The notes beneath the pieces were generated by a model. The model had not been told where the DNA came from. It was given only the letters and a program-made list of their open reading frames with translations, and ran no database searches. Source: Candidatus Bruticola sp. (GTDB lineage: Bacteria > Vulcanimicrobiota > Xenobia > Xenobiales > Xenobiaceae). Taken from it: a stretch of 49,620 nucleotides of DNA. Location of the stretch: assembly GCA_051874735.1 (NCBI GenBank), contig JBJEGD010000017.1, positions 1 to 49,620 on the forward strand, written 5' to 3'. Made by a program: the position numbers and the translations under genes. Positions 37,670 to 46,884 of the stretch are shown here, piece by piece (within the stretch, counting starts at the first letter, position 1; every line of letters starts with the position of its first letter).

Positions 37670-40009
37670 GTGTACGGGTATACTTGGACGGAAGAAAATG
37701 GCATATTTCGTCTTTCTATTGATGCCGGCATATCTAAAGAAATTCGTCCAGTATTTAGAGAAGAACTGGACTTTTTCGGCATGGATCAGTATTGGGATTA
37801 TCCTAAAGATTCTGAGGCTCCGCTAATGTGGGCTGAAGGGGTGCGCCGTTATATATACAAAGGCCAGTGTGTAGCAGAAGCTCGTGGAGGCGGTTTTTAT
37901 ACTAAGCCTGTTATAGAGCTTCAGACAGAAGAGCGCCTACAGCTTGAGCCGGTAAATTTAGAGCGTCTTTACGAAGTAAATAAGCAGATTATGCTGGGAT
38001 TAGAGCAAAAAGCGGTGTATTTTATCCAAGAACAGCATAAACACTATTTACAGCAAGGCTTTTTTTTCGTATGTGCTTTTTCCGGTGGCAAAGATTCTTT
38101 AGTACTGCTCGATTTAATGACTAAGGCTCTGGCCCCCCAAGATTACTACGTAATTTTCAGCAACACCGGTATGGAGCTTTCTTCTACCTTAGAAGCTGTA
38201 GAGAAAGCTAAACAGCGTTGGCCTGAACTGCGCTTTGAAGAAGCTAAGTGTCACCTAAATGCAGAAGAGACCTGGGACGAATTCGGGCCACCAGCTACAA
38301 ATTTGAGGTGGTGTTGCTCTGTTAGAAAATCTGTTCCAACTTTAATGCTACTTTCGGAAATTATAGGAAGTAAAGATATCAGAGCTGTTGTGTATGATGG
38401 AGTTAGGGCTGAAGAAAGTTTAAGACGTTCGAAATATACAGAAATTGGTGAGTCTGTAAAAAATGTACATCAGATTAATTGTCATGCTTTATTGAACTGG
38501 TCATCTTCTGAAGTATTTGTATATGCACTAAAAAATAATATATTATTTAATAATGCTTATAGATTGGGCATATATCGAGTTGGCTGCAAAATTTGTCCAA
38601 TGTCAGCTAAATGGCAGGATGCATTAATTGCGTTTAATTATCCTCAGGAAATACAGAATCAATTGACTATGCTTGAAGACATGACAATATTTGCTAAGGG
38701 TAAATTAGACAAAAAATATATTGAAGATGGTGGATGGCAGGCTAGAACAGGCGGAAGAATACTTAAACAGGGTGAAAATAGAGTTACTGAGGAAATAGGT
38801 AAAAATTCGATCACCTTTTGTATTAATAATGCTAAGCAGGACTGGAACTCTGTTATTCCTATTTGGGGGATACCTATTAGCATTAATGAAAATGGTACTT
38901 CTCTTAGAACTAAAAATGGTGTATTTGAAATGAATGTGTCTAAGGGATGTAAAAATTATCAAGAAATAAGGATAAGCCCAATTTCAGAAATAGATAGGTT
39001 TAGCCTTGCCGCGTTGCGAGGAATCGCTAACAAAGTAGCTTATTGCGTTGGATGCAAAGCTTGCGTTGTACAGTGTCCGAATAACGCTTACCAAATAATT
39101 GATGGAAAAATATTAATACGTCCTGATAGGTGTGTACATTGTTATAAATGTTGTACTTACACCAATAAAGGGTGCATGGTCGCAAAATCTTTATCCTTGT
39201 TGTTAAAAGGAGATAATATGAGGAATCCTGACAGATATAGAAATTTTGGATTTAGAGAGCATTTTTACTCTCACTACCTTGATAAGGGGAGCTCTTGCTT
39301 TGATTTGCCTGACAGTGAGCGTGTATTAGGTAAAGATCAATACAGAGCTCTCAAACAATGGTTAGGAGAGGCTGGAATACTTAAAACTGAAGTAAAAGGA
39401 AGCAGGACAATAATTAAGTCCGAATCAACTGATTTGGGAAAAAAATTAGTTCGTTTTGGAAGCAATAATCTGTTTGCATGGGCAATAATTTGGGCTAACC
39501 TTGCCTATAATTCTACTGTTGTTAGAGCATTTTGTTTAAATGTAGGATTAAATTCAGACTTTACTAGAGATTTTATGTACAATATTTTGGAATATGATAA
39601 TAAAAAAGCTAACAGTCAGGCTGTAAATTCTCTTCTCTCCACGTTTAGAGATTCTCCTATAGGTTCAGCTTTACAGCAAGGCGTACAGCAGGATAAGTCT
39701 TATTATCGCCAAGGCTGGGAGTATCCTCACGCTGTTGCTTTACTTTATTCCATATATCTTTATGCTGAGCATATCGGATGTCGGAGCTTTACTTTTGGAG
39801 ATATGATTAAGGCTCATGATAATCAAGATGGAGCAGGCATTTCTCCTTCCGATATTTACGGCATTAGCCCCAAGAATTTAAAGCAATATATACAAGGCTT
39901 AGCTGACAGCTACAGCAAGTATATTCACGTTTCGTTTGTTGATAATTTAGACAATATTATTTTAGAAAATTACTCTTCCGATGACATTGTCGATCTAGCT
40001 GAGGAATAA
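37670..40009 (+). CDS. brxP: BREX type 4 PAPS-reductase-family protein (DndC/SspD-like) with ferredoxin and C-terminal DUF4007-like domain
   Basis: PP-loop AFSGGKDS, RWCC, GVRAEES..R, RVGC..CP; CVGCKAC...CP and CVHCYKC; located upstream of ATPase, pglZ and brxL. Confidence 0.85.
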   Translation: MYGYTWTEENGIFRLSIDAGISKEIRPVFREELDFFGMDQYWDYPKDSEAPLMWAEGVRRYIYKGQCVAEARGGGFYTKPVIELQTEERLQLEPVNLERLYEVNKQIMLGLEQKAVYFIQEQHKHYLQQGFFFVCAFSGGKDSLVLLDLMTKALAPQDYYVIFSNTGMELSSTLEAVEKAKQRWPELRFEEAKCHLNAEETWDEFGPPATNLRWCCSVRKSVPTLMLLSEIIGSKDIRAVVYDGVRAEESLRRSKYTEIGESVKNVHQINCHALLNWSSSEVFVYALKNNILFNNAYRLGIYRVGCKICPMSAKWQDALIAFNYPQEIQNQLTMLEDMTIFAKGKLDKKYIEDGGWQARTGGRILKQGENRVTEEIGKNSITFCINNAKQDWNSVIPIWGIPISINENGTSLRTKNGVFEMNVSKGCKNYQEIRISPISEIDRFSLAALRGIANKVAYCVGCKACVVQCPNNAYQIIDGKILIRPDRCVHCYKCCTYTNKGCMVAKSLSLLLKGDNMRNPDRYRNFGFREHFYSHYLDKGSSCFDLPDSERVLGKDQYRALKQWLGEAGILKTEVKGSRTIIKSESTDLGKKLVRFGSNNLFAWAIIWANLAYNSTVVRAFCLNVGLNSDFTRDFMYNILEYDNKKANSQAVNSLLSTFRDSPIGSALQQGVQQDKSYYRQGWEYPHAVALLYSIYLYAEHIGCRSFTFGDMIKAHDNQDGAGISPSDIYGISPKNLKQYIQGLADSYSKYIHVSFVDNLDNIILENYSSDDIVDLAEE

Positions 40010-40038
40010 CTTGTTAAAAAGGAAAGGGAGCCGCTGCT

Positions 40039-43000
40039 GTGTCTATTAATAAGCTTTATAGAGATTTTCTTGAAATAAATAATACTTTCGAATCAGTTGT
40101 CGATATCGACGCAGACAAGCGCAACAGTAATTTATGGCGTGAATATATTGTCGGCGAGGATATGGAAAAGCTGGTTGATTTGCTTTGCCAATCTTTAGGT
40201 AATGAAGCTCCTGACGCGCGGCGCTCCTTTTGGATTTGGGGGTCTTACGGAACGGGTAAGAGTTATGCGGCAATTTTTGTTAAGCATTTATTAGAAGAAA
40301 AACCTGACGATATTGAAATATTTGTAGAAAGAAGCAGCCGTTTAGCTAAGTATAGAAGGCGCCTTATGAAAGTGCGTGGACAAGGTGAGTTTCTCGTCGT
40401 TTGGAAAACTGGATGCACCGGCATACGCACTGGCGACGTCATGTTATTTGAGGCTGAACAAGCTATTAAAAACGCTTTAATTAAAAAATATGGTGACAGA
40501 GCCAATTTAGGTTCAGCTTCGCTTATTGACGCCATTATCAGCAAGCTTAAAGACCCTTCAATAAATTGGGATTTTATTATTGAAAATAGTATTTTAAGCG
40601 ATGATTACGCTTCTTTTGAGGAACTACTCGACGATATAGAGCAAGGCAATATCCACGCAGTACAGATGACAGCCCAAGTTATCAGAGAAAAAGGATATGG
40701 CTTAATCAATAATTTAACTACTTTCCAAAAGTGGCTGACTGAAATTATCCGTGAAAATAATCTTAAAGGCGGCATCTTCTTTATTTGGGATGAATTTACT
40801 GAATACGTTGTTCACAGCGAAGATCGTACTATCATGCAGCAAATATCAGAATTCTGCAAAGTTCAGCCTTTCTTTATGATGTATGTTGTTCACCACGTGA
40901 TCAATAAATTGATTAATAGCGCAGAACAAGCTCAATTCCAGCGGATTATGGATCGATTTCACGATGTAGAGTTCCAACTAAAGCCGGATGCGGCTCTCGA
41001 TTTAATTGCCGGCTCTATTAGTGTGCGCAGCGGTATGGGTATTAATTGGAATACCGAGCGCAAGCAGGTTGTCAAAGATATGAAAAAATTCCTTCCAGAT
41101 ATTGGTGGTGGAGTCGACAGTAAAATATCTGAAATGATAGATAACCTGTGTCCTATTCATCCTATGACTATTAGGCTTTTAACTCGTGTATCGGACAATT
41201 TCGCAGCTGCTCAGCGCACTATGTTCCGCTTTATGAAAGATCAGTCCGTTTCCGATGTGGGCTTTGTCTATTATATTAATAACTACGGTCCGGGACATGT
41301 TGAAAATTGTTGGTTAACGCCGGAGTATCTTTGGGATTATTTCTTTACCCGCAAGAGTGATTACAGCAACAAAGATATTAATGCTGCTACTTATATTCAG
41401 CATTACGAAGAAAATGCCCATCTGTTGGTAAAGAGTGCCAACGCCCTGCGCATTTTTAAAATAGTCATGCTTCTTTTGACTCTTTCTTCAACTACAAAGG
41501 GCATGTATGGATTTAGTAACAGTAAAGATCCGAATGCTATAAAAGCGACTCAGGAAGATGTATGCCGCTGCTTGGCAGGTGTTCTTGGTGAAGATAGAGT
41601 TAAAGATTTGCTGTCAACTTTAAGAGATCAGAATCTTGTTTTACAGGAGCAAGATCCTAACGGAACGGTTCGTCTGCAGCTTCCTTTCAAAGGCGGATCT
41701 AATGAAGAATTTTTAACTAGATTTGAAGATAATGACCGCAAATATACTCGTTATAAAATGTTTGAAAAGGATGGATTCTTCTCTGACGCTTGTGAACGGG
41801 AGTTTGGAGATGAAACTGACGCCTTTTCTAAGCGCCTCAAACTTGCTGTATGTTGCGCAGAGACTAATTCCATCAATTCTCGCTTAAGGGAAATAAAAGA
41901 AGAACTGAGCAAATTCCCCTATAAAATTGGTCTGCTAATTGTCACTGTGAAAGATGAAACGCAGGCTATGGCCGCTCAGAAGCTTTTAGCCGAATTGCCA
42001 GCCTTGGCGGAAATGCCTCGCTTAGTTGTGGCTTTGCTGAAAGATAGCTTTACAGATGAAAGCCGCAAAAACTGGTTGACTTATTTAACTAGGGCTGAAC
42101 AGTCTGCGGAGGCTGGATTTAGCGCTGCTAAAGGTAGTTATAAAACAGAAGTTGACAAAATTATAAATAATTGGGTTCAGGGGGCTAAAGAGCACGGAAA
42201 GTTTATCGCTTGGAATGGCTCCAGATTTTTTACCAATATATACGGCCTGAACGCCTTGCGTAATACTATTAAACAAGAAGTATTTAATGTTCTTTTCCCT
42301 TACTCTCTGGAGCGTATAGTCAGCTCGTTGACCGCTTATAAGCCCTGCAACGATTCTGCCCCCTTAGCTGGTATAAATAGAAAGGGCCCCAATACCCAGT
42401 TACAGTCTGTGCTAAATAGTCTGCCTGTGGAATTAATCAGCCTGACTAAAATAGATGAGCTGGCGGAAATTGATCATTCTGCTCAATTTAAAGGAGATAA
42501 AGCCGCTCAAGTTATCGGCGAATTAGCTAGAACTATTAGGGATAGAATGATAGTTGGGCGCCGAATTGACTTAGAAAATTTATGGGAAACGCTGCAGCGC
42601 GAGCCTTTCGGTTTTTACAATACGATTGCCTGCGCTATTCTGCTGGGGATAGTGTTCTCATGTTATAAAAACGGTGTTTTCAGTTGGACTGACAACGTGC
42701 AGAATACTCATGCTCTCAACGATTCGATGCTGAAAACTTTAATCATAAAAATGTGCCGTGGCCAGCTAAATAATGATTACCTTTCGGCTGGCAGTGCCGC
42801 TTTTCAGCAATTCCGCGAATATACAAAGCAAATTATTAAGCTTTCAGATTCTCAAACTGCCAATGAAACTGAATTGTGGCATAATATGCGGTTCGCTATA
42901 GGTGAACGCGGCGTTCCTTTATGGGCTCTGAAGTATCTGCCTGAAGGTTACGGATCGAAACAGAAAACGGCCGAGGAGATTATTGACGGTTTGCAGCAGT

Positions 43001-44256
43001 TTATGGATTCTGTTTCTGATCGCGAAGCTATTATGAATAAGGTGGTAAATAGCTTTTACGGATGCGGAAAAGTAAAAATGTCTTTAGTGAAAGCTTTTGC
43101 AGATAAGCAGCTGATGACCGAGTCGTTCCGCCGGTTTTTGTACAGTTCCGCTCCAGAATTAGAAATGGTCACTGCTAGTTTATCTCTGCAGTCTATAGAT
43201 TTAAGTGATCGGTTGCGTCTCAGCATGCAGACAGCGGTTTATACTTGGACGGAGCAGCAAGTTAAAGATAAACTCACCAATATAGTAAATGAGTATCAGT
43301 ACTTAATTGAAATAAATAAAGCGGTAGGAGAACATTTCCGCAGCCTTGAGAAAGCCCGCTACGAATTAGCCAACCGCTTTAAATATACGCATATTCCTTT
43401 AGCTGCTGTAGAAAATTTCCGGAAGCCTTGGGGTAAGGCCCTGAAAGCTCTTTATGCTTTATCTCAAGGAAAGCTTAAGTCATATAATCCAGAATTACTA
43501 GCCGATGATATAAGTTCTCTTCGTGAGTACGGAAATGATGCTAACAGTTTCCTTATTGACTGTAAGCCTTTTCTCTCGGAAATTTTGGAAGCTCAAAATA
43601 TAGAGCACACTTCGCAAAATATAGAGCAAATTTACAAAGGGCTGAATAATATAGCTTTTAATTCTTCTTTTAACGATTTCAAAGCGGCTTTAGATCTGCA
43701 GATTAAGCGCCTCGATCAAGCTCGACGTCGTATAGAGCTGCGAGAACAGTGGAATATCATTACTGGAAAAGATTCTGTTAAAAAGTGGTGCGATAATTTC
43801 AGGACTCCCGTTTTCTGGATAGCCTCTAGGGATATGCAGAAAGCATTGCACACCGTAATTGAAGTGCAGTCAGGTAAAAATCCTCAGGATGATGAAGTTA
43901 TTTTCGCTTTGCAAGTTCTTAAAAAGAATATAGAGCTACTAAACAGCGCCTCTAAAATAAAGCAGAAGCTTAGTGAGGTTATCGGAGCCGACTGCATAGA
44001 GTATTTTGAAGCTAACAGTGAGGAACTGATCAGAGATTTAAAATTTGAGTGCGGCAACGATATGAGTACTTGGCTAACCCCGGAACTCAGCAGGCTGCAG
44101 GCTAAAATAAAGAAAGCCAAGCAAGAACAAGCTATTAGAAATGAATTGCGCGAAGCAAAAGATAACGTAAGGCTTATGAATGATAGACGCTTGCGAGAGT
44201 GTGTTGTGTCTTTTTTAGAAAAACATCCTGAATTCTGCGGCCATTTCTTAGTATAA
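40039..44256 (+). CDS. brxC: BREX large P-loop ATPase
   Basis: Walker A GSYGTGKS, Walker B FFIWDEFTEY, DRF, PIHP, QRT.F; 1405 aa; operon position. Confidence 0.82.
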   Translation: MSINKLYRDFLEINNTFESVVDIDADKRNSNLWREYIVGEDMEKLVDLLCQSLGNEAPDARRSFWIWGSYGTGKSYAAIFVKHLLEEKPDDIEIFVERSSRLAKYRRRLMKVRGQGEFLVVWKTGCTGIRTGDVMLFEAEQAIKNALIKKYGDRANLGSASLIDAIISKLKDPSINWDFIIENSILSDDYASFEELLDDIEQGNIHAVQMTAQVIREKGYGLINNLTTFQKWLTEIIRENNLKGGIFFIWDEFTEYVVHSEDRTIMQQISEFCKVQPFFMMYVVHHVINKLINSAEQAQFQRIMDRFHDVEFQLKPDAALDLIAGSISVRSGMGINWNTERKQVVKDMKKFLPDIGGGVDSKISEMIDNLCPIHPMTIRLLTRVSDNFAAAQRTMFRFMKDQSVSDVGFVYYINNYGPGHVENCWLTPEYLWDYFFTRKSDYSNKDINAATYIQHYEENAHLLVKSANALRIFKIVMLLLTLSSTTKGMYGFSNSKDPNAIKATQEDVCRCLAGVLGEDRVKDLLSTLRDQNLVLQEQDPNGTVRLQLPFKGGSNEEFLTRFEDNDRKYTRYKMFEKDGFFSDACEREFGDETDAFSKRLKLAVCCAETNSINSRLREIKEELSKFPYKIGLLIVTVKDETQAMAAQKLLAELPALAEMPRLVVALLKDSFTDESRKNWLTYLTRAEQSAEAGFSAAKGSYKTEVDKIINNWVQGAKEHGKFIAWNGSRFFTNIYGLNALRNTIKQEVFNVLFPYSLERIVSSLTAYKPCNDSAPLAGINRKGPNTQLQSVLNSLPVELISLTKIDELAEIDHSAQFKGDKAAQVIGELARTIRDRMIVGRRIDLENLWETLQREPFGFYNTIACAILLGIVFSCYKNGVFSWTDNVQNTHALNDSMLKTLIIKMCRGQLNNDYLSAGSAAFQQFREYTKQIIKLSDSQTANETELWHNMRFAIGERGVPLWALKYLPEGYGSKQKTAEEIIDGLQQFMDSVSDREAIMNKVVNSFYGCGKVKMSLVKAFADKQLMTESFRRFLYSSAPELEMVTASLSLQSIDLSDRLRLSMQTAVYTWTEQQVKDKLTNIVNEYQYLIEINKAVGEHFRSLEKARYELANRFKYTHIPLAAVENFRKPWGKALKALYALSQGKLKSYNPELLADDISSLREYGNDANSFLIDCKPFLSEILEAQNIEHTSQNIEQIYKGLNNIAFNSSFNDFKAALDLQIKRLDQARRRIELREQWNIITGKDSVKKWCDNFRTPVFWIASRDMQKALHTVIEVQSGKNPQDDEVIFALQVLKKNIELLNSASKIKQKLSEVIGADCIEYFEANSEELIRDLKFECGNDMSTWLTPELSRLQAKIKKAKQEQAIRNELREAKDNVRLMNDRRLRECVVSFLEKHPEFCGHFLV

Positions 44257-44276
44257 ACAAGGATAGGTGTTAGTGT

Positions 44277-46673
44277 ATGACTATAGATGAAGCCGTAAAT
44301 ATTTTATTAAAAGAGCCGGAGATCAGCACTTTTCCTTGCCGGGCTATAATGGTCAGCGATATAAAAGAATACTGTCTGCTTTTAGAAAAGCTTAAGGCTA
44401 TTCCCGGCGCTAAATTGGTCGAAGCTCAATCTTTGATCAGTTCTTCATCCGGCGATACTATGCTGCGTTACGATAGCTTAATTAAAAATGAAAGTCTGGA
44501 AAGCTGCTGGTTGATTTTAACGGGAGTAAGCGAATATTTGCGCCTTTTTATAGGTAAAGAGGTCAAAAGTCGGCGTTTTGCCGATCTTTGGCTGAGCCGT
44601 TTAAGCAGCTGCAATAAAGGTAGAATTATTATTCCTCTTTGGGGATGTAGTGTAGCTTGGAATGATACCTCTCTCAATTTAGCTAGAGATGAACGCAAAT
44701 GCGATCATTTTTTTGATTGCACTGATAATGGTGACGAGCAAAAACTGCAAGTGTTCGTACTGTCTAAACAATTTGAAAAGTACAAATCGTCGCTGGAATC
44801 TAAAGCTGACAGAGTTTTTGTAGGATTGCGCAGTTGGTATGAATATTGGATGGCACCTAACGTTCAAGACTCCAAACATATTTTAATAACTAGTCAAGTC
44901 AATAACGTTCAGCCGCTTTCTTTAGAAGGCATTTCAATAAAAGTTATTAAAGATATTTATTCCTTTGTTAAGGAGAACCTGAAAGGCGGAGAAGCTTTAA
45001 CTCCTCAGAACTGCCCGGCAGTTGCCGCAGATCTTTTATTTGAGCATTCATTGAAAGGGGGCAGTCTCGATGAAGCGTTGCTTTACGCTCTTAATTCTGC
45101 CCGATTTGACGCTGCAGATCTTTTAGGACGTTGGAGCAATTTAACTGAAGGTCAAAAATATTTAGTAATACTTTGGTTGCAGCTTCACGATAGCGAAGAA
45201 AGTTACGCTTATTTAGCCCACTGCGCTTCAGGGGTAAAAGAGCCTGATAAGTTAATAAATTGCATATTGACTGATATTTTCACTTCGCGGGTAGAACATC
45301 CGGAATGGGAAGAAGAGAGCCAAAAACTTATATCTGTTCTAAATTCATTTAAAGATGAAGCTTTCTTCAGTAAATTGGACAGTATCGAAAATTACCAGTT
45401 TAGATTGAAATACTTAAAAGGGAGTACCGCTCGAGAGCGTATTTACTTGCTGCATATGTTCGGAGAATGGATGCGCAGCAATCCGGAGCAGGCCCAATCA
45501 TGCCAAGAGCTTAAAGACATATATCCTGAACTTTATTACTATTTAGGTAAGGTTTCTTTTGCTGGTTTCCAAGATGAGAAATATGAGCAGTATATACAAT
45601 CTTATAAGTCTTATAAGCTCGCTAATCAGCTTCCTCAAGACGACGATCTGTATTTCTCAGATTTTAAAATTGAGCCGTATAGCTACCGCTATCCTTTATT
45701 GAGCAAATATGAAAGCGACAGCTGCTGTATTTTGTGGATCGATGCTTTAGGGGCGGAATGGCTTGCGCTTATTAGCTATGCATTGACAGGCAGCAAAGAA
45801 GGTACTGTTAAAACTGTAGATATCGCTCAGGCCGTTCTTCCTTCGGAGACTAAATTCAATAGTCATTGGAAGCAAATGGCAACTCCTTACGCTAAGCTTG
45901 ATAAATTGGACAAACTGGCTCATAAGGGAGTTATAGATGATCCTGATTATTACACGTGTATTGAAGAGCAGATCAGTTTTGTCTATGAAGATATCCGGAA
46001 AAAAGCGGAAGGACTTTTAAAGAATTACCAACGCGTAATTATTACCGGAGATCACGGTACCAGTCGCTTAGCGGCCAGATTTTTCCATCAGCGTATAGGT
46101 GTGTCAGTACCGGAGCAGGCTAAAGCAGGTAGTTATGGCAGGTACTGTTGCTTAGGAAACAGCGTTGAAGTTAGAGCTAACGAAAGTCAAATTGAAGTTA
46201 AAGATGAAGAGGGAAACAAGTATTTAGTATTTAGAAATTACAATCATTTTATCCAATCGGGGCGTGCAGCCGGCGGCAGCGACGATAACGCTGTGTTTGG
46301 TGAAATACACGGAGGAGCCTCTCCCGAGGAAGCCTTAGTTCCCGTTATTGTTTTTGAGGGCAATTTTGAACCGCCGCTTTCAGCAGCTTGGAAGAAAAAT
46401 GAACTCAAGTTTTCTATGAAAAAGGCTAAGCCTATTATCGAATTCAGCAAAGCTGTTGGCACAGTTCAGGCTCAGTTGGGCTCTTCTATCTGCGAATGCG
46501 TTAAAAAAGACGAGCTTGGCAAAGAGTGGATGATAATTATTATAGAGAAAAAGTTAGAGGCTCCAGCTGATCATATTTATAAATTAGCCATCACTGCTGA
46601 CGGAAAATTCGTAAAGTTACCATCTATAAAAATAATGCCAGCTTTAGGCGGTGGTGAATTCGATTTGCCATGA
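44277..46673 (+). CDS. pglZ: BREX-4 alkaline-phosphatase-superfamily protein PglZ
   Basis: WIDALGAEW, LPSETKFN, ITGDHG, HGGASPEE motifs. Confidence 0.9.
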   Translation: MTIDEAVNILLKEPEISTFPCRAIMVSDIKEYCLLLEKLKAIPGAKLVEAQSLISSSSGDTMLRYDSLIKNESLESCWLILTGVSEYLRLFIGKEVKSRRFADLWLSRLSSCNKGRIIIPLWGCSVAWNDTSLNLARDERKCDHFFDCTDNGDEQKLQVFVLSKQFEKYKSSLESKADRVFVGLRSWYEYWMAPNVQDSKHILITSQVNNVQPLSLEGISIKVIKDIYSFVKENLKGGEALTPQNCPAVAADLLFEHSLKGGSLDEALLYALNSARFDAADLLGRWSNLTEGQKYLVILWLQLHDSEESYAYLAHCASGVKEPDKLINCILTDIFTSRVEHPEWEEESQKLISVLNSFKDEAFFSKLDSIENYQFRLKYLKGSTARERIYLLHMFGEWMRSNPEQAQSCQELKDIYPELYYYLGKVSFAGFQDEKYEQYIQSYKSYKLANQLPQDDDLYFSDFKIEPYSYRYPLLSKYESDSCCILWIDALGAEWLALISYALTGSKEGTVKTVDIAQAVLPSETKFNSHWKQMATPYAKLDKLDKLAHKGVIDDPDYYTCIEEQISFVYEDIRKKAEGLLKNYQRVIITGDHGTSRLAARFFHQRIGVSVPEQAKAGSYGRYCCLGNSVEVRANESQIEVKDEEGNKYLVFRNYNHFIQSGRAAGGSDDNAVFGEIHGGASPEEALVPVIVFEGNFEPPLSAAWKKNELKFSMKKAKPIIEFSKAVGTVQAQLGSSICECVKKDELGKEWMIIIIEKKLEAPADHIYKLAITADGKFVKLPSIKIMPALGGGEFDLP

Positions 46674-46873
46674 AGAGAAAAAAATGCGTCTGTTGTGATT
46701 GCCAAGCCTTGCTAAAGAAAGATGAGATAGCCTTATCTGAAAAACTGTTAAATACAGATACCGAGGGATTTTACTGTCTTGATTGCCTGGCTTCCTATTT
46801 AGGGTGTTCAAAAAACGATCTTGTAACTAAAATTCAGGAATTTAAAGAGCAAGGCTGCACTTTGTTTTTATAA
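46670..46873 (+). CDS. Small Cys-rich (zinc-finger-like) hypothetical protein
   Basis: CVCCDC...CLDC...GCTLF; ATGA overlap with the pglZ stop; 11 bp before brxL. Confidence 0.8.
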   Translation: MKRKKCVCCDCQALLKKDEIALSEKLLNTDTEGFYCLDCLASYLGCSKNDLVTKIQEFKEQGCTLFL

Positions 46874-46884
46874 GAGAGGCTAAT

